A stretch of 64,000 nucleotides of DNA from Clostridia bacterium (GTDB taxonomy: Bacteria; Bacillota; Clostridia; UBA1212): NCBI GenBank assembly GCA_017461545.1, contig JAFTXP010000022.1, positions 497 through 64,496 of the forward strand. The letters are read 5' to 3'. This document shows, piece by piece, positions 53,569 through 63,996 of the stretch (the stretch's first letter is position 1; the number at the start of each line of letters is the position of its first letter). The translations under genes and the position numbers were made by a program. The notes below the pieces were generated by a model. That model did no database searches and had not been told where the DNA came from. It saw only the letters and a list, made by a program, of their open reading frames with translations.

Positions 53569-55644
53569 ATGAGAAGCGCTGATTTGCGTAATGTTGTATT
53601 ACTTGGACATGGAGGTACCGGTAAGACATCGATAGCAGAGGCTATGCTTTTTAATGCAAGATTGATTGACCGTATGGGAAGGATTGCAGACGGAAATACT
53701 GCTCTTGATTACGATCCGGAGGCGATAAGACGCAGTGCTTCTGTAAGTGCAAACGTTACTCCTATCACTTGGCTTGCGAGAAAGATAAATATTATAGATA
53801 CTCCCGGTTACTTTGATTTTACCGGTGAAATGCTGCAGGGTCTGTCCGCTGCCGCATCCGCCGTTATAGTTGTTGCAGGCGGAGTGGAAGTCGGTGCGGA
53901 AAAAGCTTGGGATTTAGTCGAAGAGCGGGAAATTCCCAGAGCTATCCTTATAAACAAAATGAATGACGAAAATGCGGAGTTTGAAAAAATTTATGCAAAG
54001 GTTCGTGACAAATTCGGAAAGTCATGTGTTGCGCTCCAGCTTCCCATAAGAAAAGACAGAGCTCTTTACGGTTATGTTGATACAGTTACATTAAAGGCGA
54101 AAGTATTTGATAAAAACGGCGATGTGTCCGACTTGGACGATATTCCAGAGGACCTTCTTGCAGAGGCTAAAATGCTTCATGAGCGTATTTCGGAGGCAGT
54201 TGCAGAGTCGGATGATGAGCTTATGGAAAAATACTTTGCAGGAGAGAAATTCACACAGGAAGAGGTTATACGCGGACTAAAAGCGGCAGTCAGAAAATGT
54301 GTATGTACTCCCGTGCTTATTGCTTCAGCTTATGAAAATCTCGGTATAAAAGAACTTGCCGACAATATTATAAAATATATGCCGTCTCCCGTTGATATAG
54401 GCGACGTCACAGCGGAAACTCCGTCGGGTGATATTGTAAATATTGCAAAAGACGAAGATGCTGCACCTATTGCATTTGTATTCAAGACAGTTGTGGATCC
54501 TTTTGTCGGAAGACTTTCATACTTTAAAGTATTTTCGGGTACAGTTAAATTAGATTCAGTGCTCTATAATCCCGAAAAGGATGCGGAGGAGAAAATCGGT
54601 CAGATTTATAATATTAGAGGAAAAAAGCAGATTCCCGTAAGCGAACTTGTTGCAGGAGATATTGGTGCTGTAGCAAAACTTTCGGTTACTGCTACAAACG
54701 ATACCCTTTGCACAAAAGCAAACCCCGTTATTCTGCCTAAAATCAATTTCCCCGCGCCTCAGCTTGCACGAGCAATATCTGCTAAGGCCAAAGGCGATAC
54801 CGACAAGATCGTTCAGGGTCTCACAAAACTTAATGACGAAGATAAGACATTTAAGTTCGAACAGAACCCTGTTACATCTCAGCTTATAATTACAGGCGTA
54901 GGCGAGCAGCACATTGACATTATAGTCAGCAAGCTTGCAAGCCGTTATGCAGTGAACTGTGAGCTTTCTGACCCGAAGGTGGCTTACAGAGAGACAATAA
55001 AGAAGAAAGTTACTGCGGAAGCTACCCATAAGAAGCAGTCGGGCGGAAGCGGACAGTACGGAAAAGTTGTTATCGAATTCGAACCCGGTTACGACGATGC
55101 ACTTGAGTTTGGCGAAAAAGTGGTTGGCGGAAGTGTTCCGAAACAGTTCTTCCCGTCAGTCGAAAAAGGCTTGCAGCAGAGTATTGAGCACGGTGTTCTT
55201 GCCGGATATCCGGTAGTGAAGTTGAAAGCAACTTTGCTTGACGGAAAGTATCACCCTGTTGACTCAAAAGAAGTTGCGTTTATAAGCGCAGCAAAGATGG
55301 CTTATAAAAAAGCTATGCCGGATGCGCAGCCAGTATTGCTCGAACCTGTATATACGGTAAATATTTATGTTCCCGATAAGTACATGGGCGATATAATCGG
55401 CGATATCACAAAACGCCGCGGCAGAATTCTCGGAATGAATCAGATGCCCAAAGGTATACAGGAGGTAAATGCGGAGGTTCCGTATGCGGAGATGTTCAGC
55501 TACGCAACAGACCTTCGTTCGATGACTCAGGCAAGAGGTTATTTCAATATGGAATTTGTACGTTACGAAGAAGTTCCGTCAAATATTGCGATTAAGATTA
55601 TTGCCGAGGCAAAGAAAGACTTTGTTGATGACGATGAAGATTGA
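53569..55644 (+). CDS. elongation factor G paralog
   Basis: GHGGTGKTS (G1), DTPGYFDF (G3) and NKMD (G4). EF-G domain IV/V-like C-terminus. Confidence 0.8.
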   Translation: MRSADLRNVVLLGHGGTGKTSIAEAMLFNARLIDRMGRIADGNTALDYDPEAIRRSASVSANVTPITWLARKINIIDTPGYFDFTGEMLQGLSAAASAVIVVAGGVEVGAEKAWDLVEEREIPRAILINKMNDENAEFEKIYAKVRDKFGKSCVALQLPIRKDRALYGYVDTVTLKAKVFDKNGDVSDLDDIPEDLLAEAKMLHERISEAVAESDDELMEKYFAGEKFTQEEVIRGLKAAVRKCVCTPVLIASAYENLGIKELADNIIKYMPSPVDIGDVTAETPSGDIVNIAKDEDAAPIAFVFKTVVDPFVGRLSYFKVFSGTVKLDSVLYNPEKDAEEKIGQIYNIRGKKQIPVSELVAGDIGAVAKLSVTATNDTLCTKANPVILPKINFPAPQLARAISAKAKGDTDKIVQGLTKLNDEDKTFKFEQNPVTSQLIITGVGEQHIDIIVSKLASRYAVNCELSDPKVAYRETIKKKVTAEATHKKQSGGSGQYGKVVIEFEPGYDDALEFGEKVVGGSVPKQFFPSVEKGLQQSIEHGVLAGYPVVKLKATLLDGKYHPVDSKEVAFISAAKMAYKKAMPDAQPVLLEPVYTVNIYVPDKYMGDIIGDITKRRGRILGMNQMPKGIQEVNAEVPYAEMFSYATDLRSMTQARGYFNMEFVRYEEVPSNIAIKIIAEAKKDFVDDDED

Positions 55645-55666
55645 TATTTGTATATGAGGTTATAAA

Positions 55667-55702
55667 GAAAGCGGCTTGCTCAGTAAATTGAACAAGCCGC
55701 TT
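55667..55702. terminator. bidirectional terminator
   Basis: aaagcggcttg / caagccgcttt form an 11-bp stem. Confidence 0.6.
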
Positions 55703-55714
55703 TTAAAATAGACT

Positions 55715-58396
55715 TTACTGCTTTTGTTTTGCGGCAGTAACGTGGTAACTGCCGTTTGAAATACTGAATATAATATTTCCCGGAAAATCGATTTTTGCAG
55801 GGATTTCACATCCGTTTTCATCAAAACATTTAACCGAAGACTGTGGAAAACCGTTTACTTTCGGAATTATAACGGTACCATGCGTGTTTGGCGGAGTTTT
55901 TATGTTGTACGTGAAAAGTTTCGTATCAGAGTCAATATTCCAATTTGCAACGATTTTACCGTAAGGACTTTCAAAGCTTCCCTCTGCGCTTGTTATGCCG
56001 TCAAATACGTACGGCTTGAAGATGATTTCCCTGAAGCCCGGCATATTTTCAGACGGGTTTATTCCGAGAATATGTGAATAGTACCAGCTTGTAAAGGCGC
56101 CCTGCATCGGGTGATTCAGTGATGCAGGGTCAACTGTGTCATGAGGCACAACAAAGCATTCGTAAAGGCTTGTAGCGCCTGTTTCGATCATTTTTCTGAA
56201 GTTGTTGTTGTTTTCAGAGAAAAGCGCTTTGAGCATTTCCGCACCGTAGCCGTACTCAGTCATTGACGGAACGGAGTGTTTGTTTGCAAAAATGCCTGTG
56301 TACATCTGATAGCCGGATTCTTCAAGCAGTTTTATATAGTCCGCGGCAATCTTTTCGCCGGCACCGTCCGGATAAAGACCGTAACGGAGAGCAACACCGT
56401 CAGCACCTTGTGTTCCGTAGGAATTATTTTCAAAGTCAAAGAAGGCGTTTATAAAGGCTTTCTTAATTTCTGCGGCAAGCTTTGCGAAATATTCTGTGTC
56501 GGATGATTTTTTTAGTATTTTTGCAACTTTTACCATCGTGTAAGCACAGCGATAAAATTCAGCGGTGGAGCTTACCTTTACGGGGATTCTGTACCGTTCT
56601 CCGCTTGGGTCATCTTCCGTCTTTTCTGCATGTGGAGGGCACCAATCGCCTAAGCCTTCGTCTATTATATAATCTTTTGACCGGTTAAGCTCATGCTGTA
56701 CCCATTCACACATCAAGCCGTAGTATTTTTCGAGTACAGCTTTGTCGTTGTAGTAAAGATACATATTCCACGGAATTACAATCTGAGCGCAGCCCCAAAG
56801 CGGTGTAGCTTCGCCGCATGTTCTTCTTCCGGGGGATATCATCTGCCATGTGCCGTGGATTTCTTTCGTTGTTCTGATATCTTCCAAATACTTCTCGTAA
56901 GAATTGGGCATATAAAAGTTATAAATTGCCGTTTCTGATACAAGCTGGGCATCTCCGAGCCAGCCGCATTTTTCTCTGACAGGGCAATCTTCCGGAAAAC
57001 CGTGATAGTTAGAAAGAAATGTGCGGCGTGTAAGTTCATGGATTTTATTTATATATTCGTTCGAACATGTAAATTCGCCGGCTGATTTAAGGTCTGTATT
57101 TACGGCATAGCCTGTGAGGAAATCTTCTGCCGGCATATCGTATGTCTGAACGCCGATGACTTCAACGTATCTGAACCCGTGATATGTAAATCTCGGCTCC
57201 CACTCAGTATCTTTTCCGAAGCCTTTTGCAATATATATGTCCTGTTGTATGGCGGCTGTGTGCTGAGCACCGCTTGATGCATACCAAAGTTCTCCCGACG
57301 GGTCAATTTCCTCGGAAAATCTCATGACATATCTTGCTGCAGGAGGTGAATCAGGAATTTTGATTTTAACAAAACCGGAGAAATTTTCTCCCATATCGTA
57401 AATAAAAACCTGGTCCTTTGAACCTTTGTGGCGTGTAGTGACACTTATCGGCTTTACTTCCCTGACTTTTCGGATGGGTGGAATAATGATGCTTGTAAGC
57501 GTTCCTCCGGGCGCCTCCGTTTCGGTTGCATATGTCCATGCAGAATCATCAAAGCCGATATTGCACCAACCGTTCTGTTCGAGTCTTGCGTCGTAGGTTT
57601 CGCCGCAGTGAACGTTGTTTGTGGTTATCGGGCTGAAATCACATTTAAAGGACTCGTCTGATAAAATTTTCTGAATGCTTCCGTCTTCAAATACAATATG
57701 AATTTCGAGAAGAGTTCTGCAATCTCCGTAATGTGTCCAGGGATACCAGGCGTGACGCTGACAGTACCAGCCGTCGCCGAGAAGAATACCGATTGCATTA
57801 TCTCCCTGAGAGATATTTTCCGTGATGTCATAGCATACATACGGCGAAATTTTTTCGTAGTTTGTAAGAGCCGGGTCAAATATCGAGTCACCGATTTTGC
57901 TGCCGTTTATGTATAGTTCTCCGCAGCCGAGCGCGCTGAAATATGCGCGGCAGCGGACTATCTTTTTGCTTTCGTCGGTTCTGAACTCTTTTCTTAAATA
58001 TTGAGCCCAGCTGTATCGGAAGTTTTTCTGGCATATCCACTTTGCTGAGAAGTTTTCATCGGAAAGTGCAGTTTCAAAGGAACATATTCCGGATACCGTT
58101 TCCGTCTTTTCGGAATTTCCGGCATTTACCGTTACTTTTACCCAATACTGAGTTGCGGGCTCAAGTTTTTTGCCTTCGTATACAATATTATCCGATATAT
58201 CGCTTTCGATAACTCCGCTGTCCCACAGATCAGGGCTGTCCATATGATTTTCAGATGTCGCAACTTTGATTGAATAGTTTTTTTGCATAATACAGCCGAC
58301 ATCACCTGATATTTTCCAGCCGAAACGAACCTTCCGGTTTTCGATACCGAGGGGATTTTTAAGATAATCAACTGTCAGATCTGTTAAAGTGACCAT
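55715..58396 (-). CDS. alpha-L-rhamnosidase (GH78)
   Basis: 893 aa. N-terminus LTVDYLKNPLGIE, ...FRYVEV..., and a six-hairpin region typical of GH78. Confidence 0.85.
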   Translation of the reverse strand: MVTLTDLTVDYLKNPLGIENRKVRFGWKISGDVGCIMQKNYSIKVATSENHMDSPDLWDSGVIESDISDNIVYEGKKLEPATQYWVKVTVNAGNSEKTETVSGICSFETALSDENFSAKWICQKNFRYSWAQYLRKEFRTDESKKIVRCRAYFSALGCGELYINGSKIGDSIFDPALTNYEKISPYVCYDITENISQGDNAIGILLGDGWYCQRHAWYPWTHYGDCRTLLEIHIVFEDGSIQKILSDESFKCDFSPITTNNVHCGETYDARLEQNGWCNIGFDDSAWTYATETEAPGGTLTSIIIPPIRKVREVKPISVTTRHKGSKDQVFIYDMGENFSGFVKIKIPDSPPAARYVMRFSEEIDPSGELWYASSGAQHTAAIQQDIYIAKGFGKDTEWEPRFTYHGFRYVEVIGVQTYDMPAEDFLTGYAVNTDLKSAGEFTCSNEYINKIHELTRRTFLSNYHGFPEDCPVREKCGWLGDAQLVSETAIYNFYMPNSYEKYLEDIRTTKEIHGTWQMISPGRRTCGEATPLWGCAQIVIPWNMYLYYNDKAVLEKYYGLMCEWVQHELNRSKDYIIDEGLGDWCPPHAEKTEDDPSGERYRIPVKVSSTAEFYRCAYTMVKVAKILKKSSDTEYFAKLAAEIKKAFINAFFDFENNSYGTQGADGVALRYGLYPDGAGEKIAADYIKLLEESGYQMYTGIFANKHSVPSMTEYGYGAEMLKALFSENNNNFRKMIETGATSLYECFVVPHDTVDPASLNHPMQGAFTSWYYSHILGINPSENMPGFREIIFKPYVFDGITSAEGSFESPYGKIVANWNIDSDTKLFTYNIKTPPNTHGTVIIPKVNGFPQSSVKCFDENGCEIPAKIDFPGNIIFSISNGSYHVTAAKQKQ

Positions 58397-58589
58397 TTTA
58401 TAAATCTCCTTAAACTTTAAGAATTATTTACAGTATTATTAGGCAGAATATATCATAAAAAAGGTTTTGATACAATACGATAAATCTTGTATATCAGCCG
58501 TATCAAATTAACTGGGAGGGCGGTTTAAAATAGATAGCATAAATGAAGATAAAAATGAGAAAAATGCGGTAAACCGGATAGAAACTACG

Positions 58590-58832
58590 GTGGACAAAAT
58601 AGCACAGAAGATTGAAAAAATGCGGACTCTTGACTATGTTTTCTTTGTAGAGCATCCGTATAAGCGAATTTGGCATAATTTTGTAAACGGTATTGCAAGA
58701 GGAGTAGGTTCCGCGATAGGTTTTTCCGTGATTTTTGCTCTTATCGTTATGATTCTGGAGTGGATAGGAAAAATAAACGTACCGTTTATAAGTACGTTTG
58801 TCAACTTTATTCTCGGATTGACCGAAAAATGA
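58590..58832 (+). CDS. DUF5665-like small membrane protein
   Basis: HPYKRIWHNFVNGIARGVGSAIGFSVIFALIVMILEWIG. Confidence 0.55.
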   Translation: MDKIAQKIEKMRTLDYVFFVEHPYKRIWHNFVNGIARGVGSAIGFSVIFALIVMILEWIGKINVPFISTFVNFILGLTEK

Positions 58833-58923
58833 ATCGTTAAAAAGGATTTACTTTCCATTGATGCGTAGCTTTCCGAATATTAAAATAAGAGAGCAAAATC
58901 ATTGATACGGAAGGTGAATTTAT

Positions 58924-59202
58924 ATGAAAGTAAAATATTTTATAAAACATATGGATGAAGCTGCATACAATGTTTTTGAAAAAATGTCAGCTTGTTCCAA
59001 GAGCCTGATAATGGGCGGACTTGTTGGAAGTATACTTGTTGCGATATGTTCGGTCATTACAATACTTTACATATTGTTTAACGGATATACAATGGAATTG
59101 GGCGATATTGTAAATTCTTTTATTGACAGAAGTGCGGCGTTGCCTGCCATTTCCGCTTTTATTTGCCTGATTTCCGAAATTTCTTTAAAAAATATTAAAT
59201 AA
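58924..59202 (+). CDS. hypothetical small membrane protein
   Basis: 92-aa ORF with AAGGTGA upstream and two hydrophobic segments. Confidence 0.4.
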   Translation: MKVKYFIKHMDEAAYNVFEKMSACSKSLIMGGLVGSILVAICSVITILYILFNGYTMELGDIVNSFIDRSAALPAISAFICLISEISLKNIK

Positions 59203-59251
59203 TTCGTATATTGCCTGCGGTCTTTCTTTGTGATACCATAACCAGTGGTGA

Positions 59252-62002
59252 ATGCACATGAAGGATAAGAAAAAATTAAAGAGAAACATAATTATAATAT
59301 CAGTGATTGTATTATATATAACTGTATCTGTTGTCTTGTCGGTATTTCTTTGGAAAAAGAACGGCGGATTGACTCCCGGAGTGACTGTATACGGATTAAG
59401 TGATGCATATATAACTGACAATCTTACTGTGACAGAGTACGGTGACGGAGGCCCTGTACTCATTACAAACGGTATAAATAATTCCGTATATTATACTGCG
59501 CCTGAGTTGGATATGGGTTATATATCAGAATACTTCGGCGGGCAGTCGGATGCTGATTATTATTCTCCTTCTATGGTTATAGGCGAGGGTGAAGCTTCGG
59601 GTAACAGTACCATAGTAAGAGTTTATAACGAGCAACAGGTATGTACTGCACAGTTTCCGGCATTTCCGTCGACCGTTTCCGGAGGAGTGGCTGTTGCTGC
59701 GTGTCAGACACAAATAGACGGAGAATCAGTTACATTAATTGCGACTTCCGCATACGGAGTATACTGTGACGATGCAAGATGTGTAAGAGTGTATGATACA
59801 TCCGGAATGCTGTATATGAAGATTGTTCCGGAGTTTTATGAGGATGCTCCTTTTGCAATTGCTACCGGTCATTTTGTGGCAGGTGATACAAACGAATATT
59901 TATTGATTGCATCTTCCGTTATCACTGACGGAAAGATTGATGCAGCACTTTATTCTCTTTCAGACGGTTCTGTAAAGGGCGAATACGTCTACAAACTCGG
60001 TGACGAAAATAACGGGAAAAAGATATACTTCAGCGTCAGAAACAAAACAGACGGAAATGACAGCATAATTGCTTTCGCAAAAGGCGAAGAGGATAAAGCA
60101 TATCAGTATCTGGGGATTGATGAGGATGATATTGATGTTGAGACCATTGACACAACTGAGCTGTATGCGGTATTTGAAGGTGTTCCTTCAGGTGATTTAC
60201 AAAAGGTAGATATCGTGCTTCCTTACGGCGCTGCAGGCGTGTATTCATCGGTAAATTCCGACGAAAAGTATATTGTAACAGCTGAAAATGAATTGTTTGA
60301 TAATTATGTATCTTACGTTTTTGTGTACGGACACGGAGATCGCGAAGGCACGTTACTTTATGTAGATTATGAAGAAAACCGTTTTTATTGGAATGCAGAT
60401 AAGTCTGTTCTCGAACTGGGTACTTTTTCCGACGAAAAGGATTCATATATACGGTATGCTGATGAATTCACAGTTGACGTATCGGAAAATCCATACGAAA
60501 CAATAAAAAACATAGAAAAAACGGCGGAGTTTGCTTATTGGAAGGTAAAACTTTCTGAATACGGTCTGTCTCCTGCGAGATCTTTATATGATGCTTTAGT
60601 AAAAGAATACAGAGAAAATCCGAGCAGTGTAGTTTCGATAGAACTATTTTCAATTTCTGATATTTTGACTGATATATCACTTGACGACAAAGACGAGGAT
60701 GCAAGAAAAGCTTTTGCTGATTATCTTATGAATTTGTATATTTCGGTAGAAAATATTAATGAAAAATTCGGTACGGCATTTACATGCGAAGAGGATATAA
60801 ATATTCCGTTAAAACCGGAGCCTGAAGTTGAAGATGATTTGTCTGAAGAATACACTTCTGAAGAAGATGTCTCTGAAGAATCCATCTCTGATGAGGACAT
60901 TTCTAAAGAAGAATTATATTATGATGAATGGTTCAAATTCTGCAGATACAGAGTAAGCATGCGAATAACTTCTCTGTACAGCCAGGCAGTATCCAGCGGA
61001 TTATCACCTGAAATATTGACATGTAATGCCGAACTTGCGGATTATCCGCCAAATGTAAATTTTGCTGAAGATTATAATATAGAAAATACAGCATATATAA
61101 ATGAGTACTCTTTAGTATCCGAAAGTGGTTTATATAATATAGGTGCTTCATTGGGTATCAGCAGAATGGGTATATGGTACGAAAATCCGAGACGTGCATC
61201 TGCTTTTGCTTTTTCAGCCGGATTTAAGAATATTACTTTATCATCATATTCGGGCGAAACAGATTCTTACAGCCAATCTTTTTATCAGATGCTTTATTTG
61301 TTCCGCAACGGATGTAAGTATATAGGTATAAAAAGCAGTGAGAATGACTACGGTGCTGCAGAACTCAATGGGCTCGATTTGCTGAAGTCGAGAAATGAAT
61401 CCAGAACAGGATATGCTCACGGCACACGTGGTTCTTTGGCAATAGATTATAATGGCAAGAAGTATAATCTTGTTACAATAGGATATAACACGAATGGGCT
61501 TCTCAAATCTATAAACAGCGACGGAACGCGTGAGGGTTCAGTATATGTTGTTCCTTTCCATTCCAGAGTTGAGACTATTGGCGCTGACATTCATAATAAT
61601 CCGAGGCGCGGTTTAAATTTTGCCGAGTTCAAAGATTTAGCGGGCGGTTCACAGATAGAAGTGAGATTTACTGCATCGTGTCAGAACAGCAAGAATTCTT
61701 ATGTAAAAATAAATGTTTATCATGAAGGCTTTTTACTTGAAGATGCTTGCGTAAGTTATAAGCTTGATTCTGTAGACAGATACTACAGATATGTTTTCAT
61801 AAACAATCTTGAAATCGGAGATATAAAAGTCGAAATCGAGTTTGTTTGTGAAGACTATTCGGATTACAATCTGAATGATATTGATATGATTTTTCAACGT
61901 GAGAATACTGTTTATCCTTTAGCCGGAGATTTTAACGGTTCTACTGCTTACGGAAGTGTAACAGTGGATGTCCTTAATAGAGAAGCTGTATATGAGGAAT
62001 GA
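59252..62002 (+). CDS. large hypothetical membrane-anchored protein
   Basis: 916-aa ORF with an N-terminal TM and an acidic SEE-rich linker at about 60820-60915. A faint GH42-like segment (NINEKFGTAFTCEEDI) gives low-confidence similarity only. Confidence 0.65.
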   Translation: MHMKDKKKLKRNIIIISVIVLYITVSVVLSVFLWKKNGGLTPGVTVYGLSDAYITDNLTVTEYGDGGPVLITNGINNSVYYTAPELDMGYISEYFGGQSDADYYSPSMVIGEGEASGNSTIVRVYNEQQVCTAQFPAFPSTVSGGVAVAACQTQIDGESVTLIATSAYGVYCDDARCVRVYDTSGMLYMKIVPEFYEDAPFAIATGHFVAGDTNEYLLIASSVITDGKIDAALYSLSDGSVKGEYVYKLGDENNGKKIYFSVRNKTDGNDSIIAFAKGEEDKAYQYLGIDEDDIDVETIDTTELYAVFEGVPSGDLQKVDIVLPYGAAGVYSSVNSDEKYIVTAENELFDNYVSYVFVYGHGDREGTLLYVDYEENRFYWNADKSVLELGTFSDEKDSYIRYADEFTVDVSENPYETIKNIEKTAEFAYWKVKLSEYGLSPARSLYDALVKEYRENPSSVVSIELFSISDILTDISLDDKDEDARKAFADYLMNLYISVENINEKFGTAFTCEEDINIPLKPEPEVEDDLSEEYTSEEDVSEESISDEDISKEELYYDEWFKFCRYRVSMRITSLYSQAVSSGLSPEILTCNAELADYPPNVNFAEDYNIENTAYINEYSLVSESGLYNIGASLGISRMGIWYENPRRASAFAFSAGFKNITLSSYSGETDSYSQSFYQMLYLFRNGCKYIGIKSSENDYGAAELNGLDLLKSRNESRTGYAHGTRGSLAIDYNGKKYNLVTIGYNTNGLLKSINSDGTREGSVYVVPFHSRVETIGADIHNNPRRGLNFAEFKDLAGGSQIEVRFTASCQNSKNSYVKINVYHEGFLLEDACVSYKLDSVDRYYRYVFINNLEIGDIKVEIEFVCEDYSDYNLNDIDMIFQRENTVYPLAGDFNGSTAYGSVTVDVLNREAVYEE

Positions 62003-62040
62003 TTGTCACTGACTGTTGACGGTCGGGAAAGGAGAAGAAA

Positions 62041-62727
62041 ATGTTTATAGATCCGTTGTATATAATATTGGTTATGCCTGCTGTTTTATTGGCAATGTTT
62101 GCGCAGATAGGAGTTAAGTCTACTTTTTCAAAGTATTCAAAAGTTGCTCCCAAGAGACGTATTACAGGCGAGGATGCGGCAAGAGCCGTGCTTCGTGCCA
62201 ATGGAGTGGAAGGCGTTCGTTTTGAATATATAGCAGGAGACCTGACTGACCATTACGATCCTAAGACAAATACGATAAGATTGTCGGGTTCTGTCGGCAG
62301 TGCGTCATCTATCGCTGCAATAGGTGTTGCGGCGCACGAGGCGGGTCATGCAGTACAACACGCAAAAGGGTACGGCCCGATAAGATTGCGTATGGCTATT
62401 ATTCCTATTACAAATATTGGCTCAATGTTGTCCATTCCGCTTATATTGATAGGATTACTGGTAGAAATGACAGAACTTGCATATCTCGGGCTTGCATTCT
62501 TTGGTTTATCTACTGTGTTTCAACTTGTAACATTACCTGTGGAATTAAACGCATCCAAACGTGCTGTACAGGCCATAAGAAATGAAGGATTGCTTGACGG
62601 TGAGGAACTTAGAGGCGCTAAAAAGACGCTTACGGCAGCCGCTATGACTTATGTTGCGGCGTTATTTGTATCTCTTATGCAGTTGCTCAGATTGATATTG
62701 ATGGTTAAAGGCAGAGACAGAGATTAA
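62041..62727 (+). CDS. zinc metallopeptidase (YugP/Zn_peptidase_2 family)
   Basis: MFIDPLYIILVMPAVLLAMFAQ N-terminus and HEAGHAVQH motif. Confidence 0.85.
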   Translation: MFIDPLYIILVMPAVLLAMFAQIGVKSTFSKYSKVAPKRRITGEDAARAVLRANGVEGVRFEYIAGDLTDHYDPKTNTIRLSGSVGSASSIAAIGVAAHEAGHAVQHAKGYGPIRLRMAIIPITNIGSMLSIPLILIGLLVEMTELAYLGLAFFGLSTVFQLVTLPVELNASKRAVQAIRNEGLLDGEELRGAKKTLTAAAMTYVAALFVSLMQLLRLILMVKGRDRD

Positions 62728-62740
62728 AATAGTAAAGAAA

Positions 62741-62801
62741 AACAGCAAAGATATGAGCGGCGTCAATAGGTTAAATTGACGCCGCTCATATCTTTGCTGT
62801 T
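62741..62801. terminator. 27-bp perfect inverted repeat (bidirectional terminator)
   Basis: aacagcaaagatatgagcggcgtcaat (62741-67) / attgacgccgctcatatctttgctgtt (62775-801) with a 7-nt loop. Confidence 0.7.
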
Positions 62802-63704
62802 TTATATGCCGCTAAAGTCAAAATCCGGAATATATTCTTCTTTTGCCGAGGAAATCTCTTGTATATAACCGTCGCATATATTCGTGTTGTACATATAATC
62901 TTTCGCTTTTTCGTATTCATATTTTGTAAGTCTTCTGTCAAGTTCTTTATACTGAGTTTTCACATATGGAGTATACTGACTCATAAGACTGAACATTATA
63001 TCACCGGGATTGAATGTTTCGTTCACCCAATCGATAACTGCAAAGGTGTTTCTCAAATTTCCTGGAATGATCATATGCCTGATCATAACGCCTTTTTTCA
63101 TAAGTCCGTCTTCGCCGATTTTATAAGGGCCGGTCTGGCGGAACATCTCAAGTATCGCCTGCTTTGCGATATCGGGATAATCGCCTGCGCTTGAATACTT
63201 TTTGGCAGTTTCGGGAATACCGTACTTCATGTCCGGAAGATAAATATCGACTTTTCCATCTAATTTTTTCAGTGTTTCGACACTGTCGTATCCGCTGCTG
63301 TTGTAGACCAGCGGTACCGAAATCTCTCCGTGTATTTCGAGTGACTTAAGTATTGCATCGGTAAAATGAGACGGTGTAACTAAATTTATACAAGTCGCAC
63401 CTTGCAATATCAGTTCGTGGTATATTTCACTGAGCCGTTGGGGCGTAATGAGTTTTCCCTTGGCATTTTTTGCGTTTATTCCGCTGATATCGCTGTTTTG
63501 ACAATAACAGCACTTTAAATTGCAACTGCTGAAGAAAACGTTTCCTGAACCCTTTTTGCCGCTTATACAGGGTTCCTCCCAGCGGTGAAGCGCGGCTTTT
63601 GCGCAGACAGGGTAAAGCCCGCTTGCACAAAAGCCGCGGCCTGATTCTGCATCTCTGTATGCGTTACATTTTCTGGGGCAGTCATTACAAATCAAAAAAG
63701 TCAT
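62802..63704 (-). CDS. radical SAM protein, PflX-like (putative glycyl-radical activating family)
   Basis: CNLKCCYCQN radical SAM motif and an N-terminal Cys cluster CNDCPRKC. Confidence 0.8.
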   Translation of the reverse strand: MTFLICNDCPRKCNAYRDAESGRGFCASGLYPVCAKAALHRWEEPCISGKKGSGNVFFSSCNLKCCYCQNSDISGINAKNAKGKLITPQRLSEIYHELILQGATCINLVTPSHFTDAILKSLEIHGEISVPLVYNSSGYDSVETLKKLDGKVDIYLPDMKYGIPETAKKYSSAGDYPDIAKQAILEMFRQTGPYKIGEDGLMKKGVMIRHMIIPGNLRNTFAVIDWVNETFNPGDIMFSLMSQYTPYVKTQYKELDRRLTKYEYEKAKDYMYNTNICDGYIQEISSAKEEYIPDFDFSGI

Positions 63705-63931
63705 CCTTTGAAATTATTTGCGAAATCTTCTTGAATTTTACATTTATGAGTAAAATAGTCAATATAAAAATTATACCAATGAATTAGATTTTTAAAGTGC
63801 ATTATACAAAAAGTTTCAACCTGTCCGTAGAGATTCTCTTTTATCGGTGAGTACTTTTGCTTTTGTTATTGTAAAAACCGTCAATACTTTGTAATGTGTT
63901 AAGACATATGTTACAAAAATAAAAGAAAAAA

Positions 63932-63996
63932 GAGAGGTACTCTGGTACAATGAGTTTTACCACAAACAAAAAAGTACCGAAGGGAGTCCTCTCATG
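63932..63996 (+). promoter_or_regulatory. structured 5-prime leader sequestering the RBS of a gene starting at 63994 (gene body outside window)
   Basis: gagaggtactc (63932-42) pairs with gagtcctctc (63984-93). The inner helices are mutually exclusive: tggta/tacca (63943-47/58-62) or ggtac/gtacc (63944-48/74-78). An A-rich tract lies between them. Confidence 0.25.
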
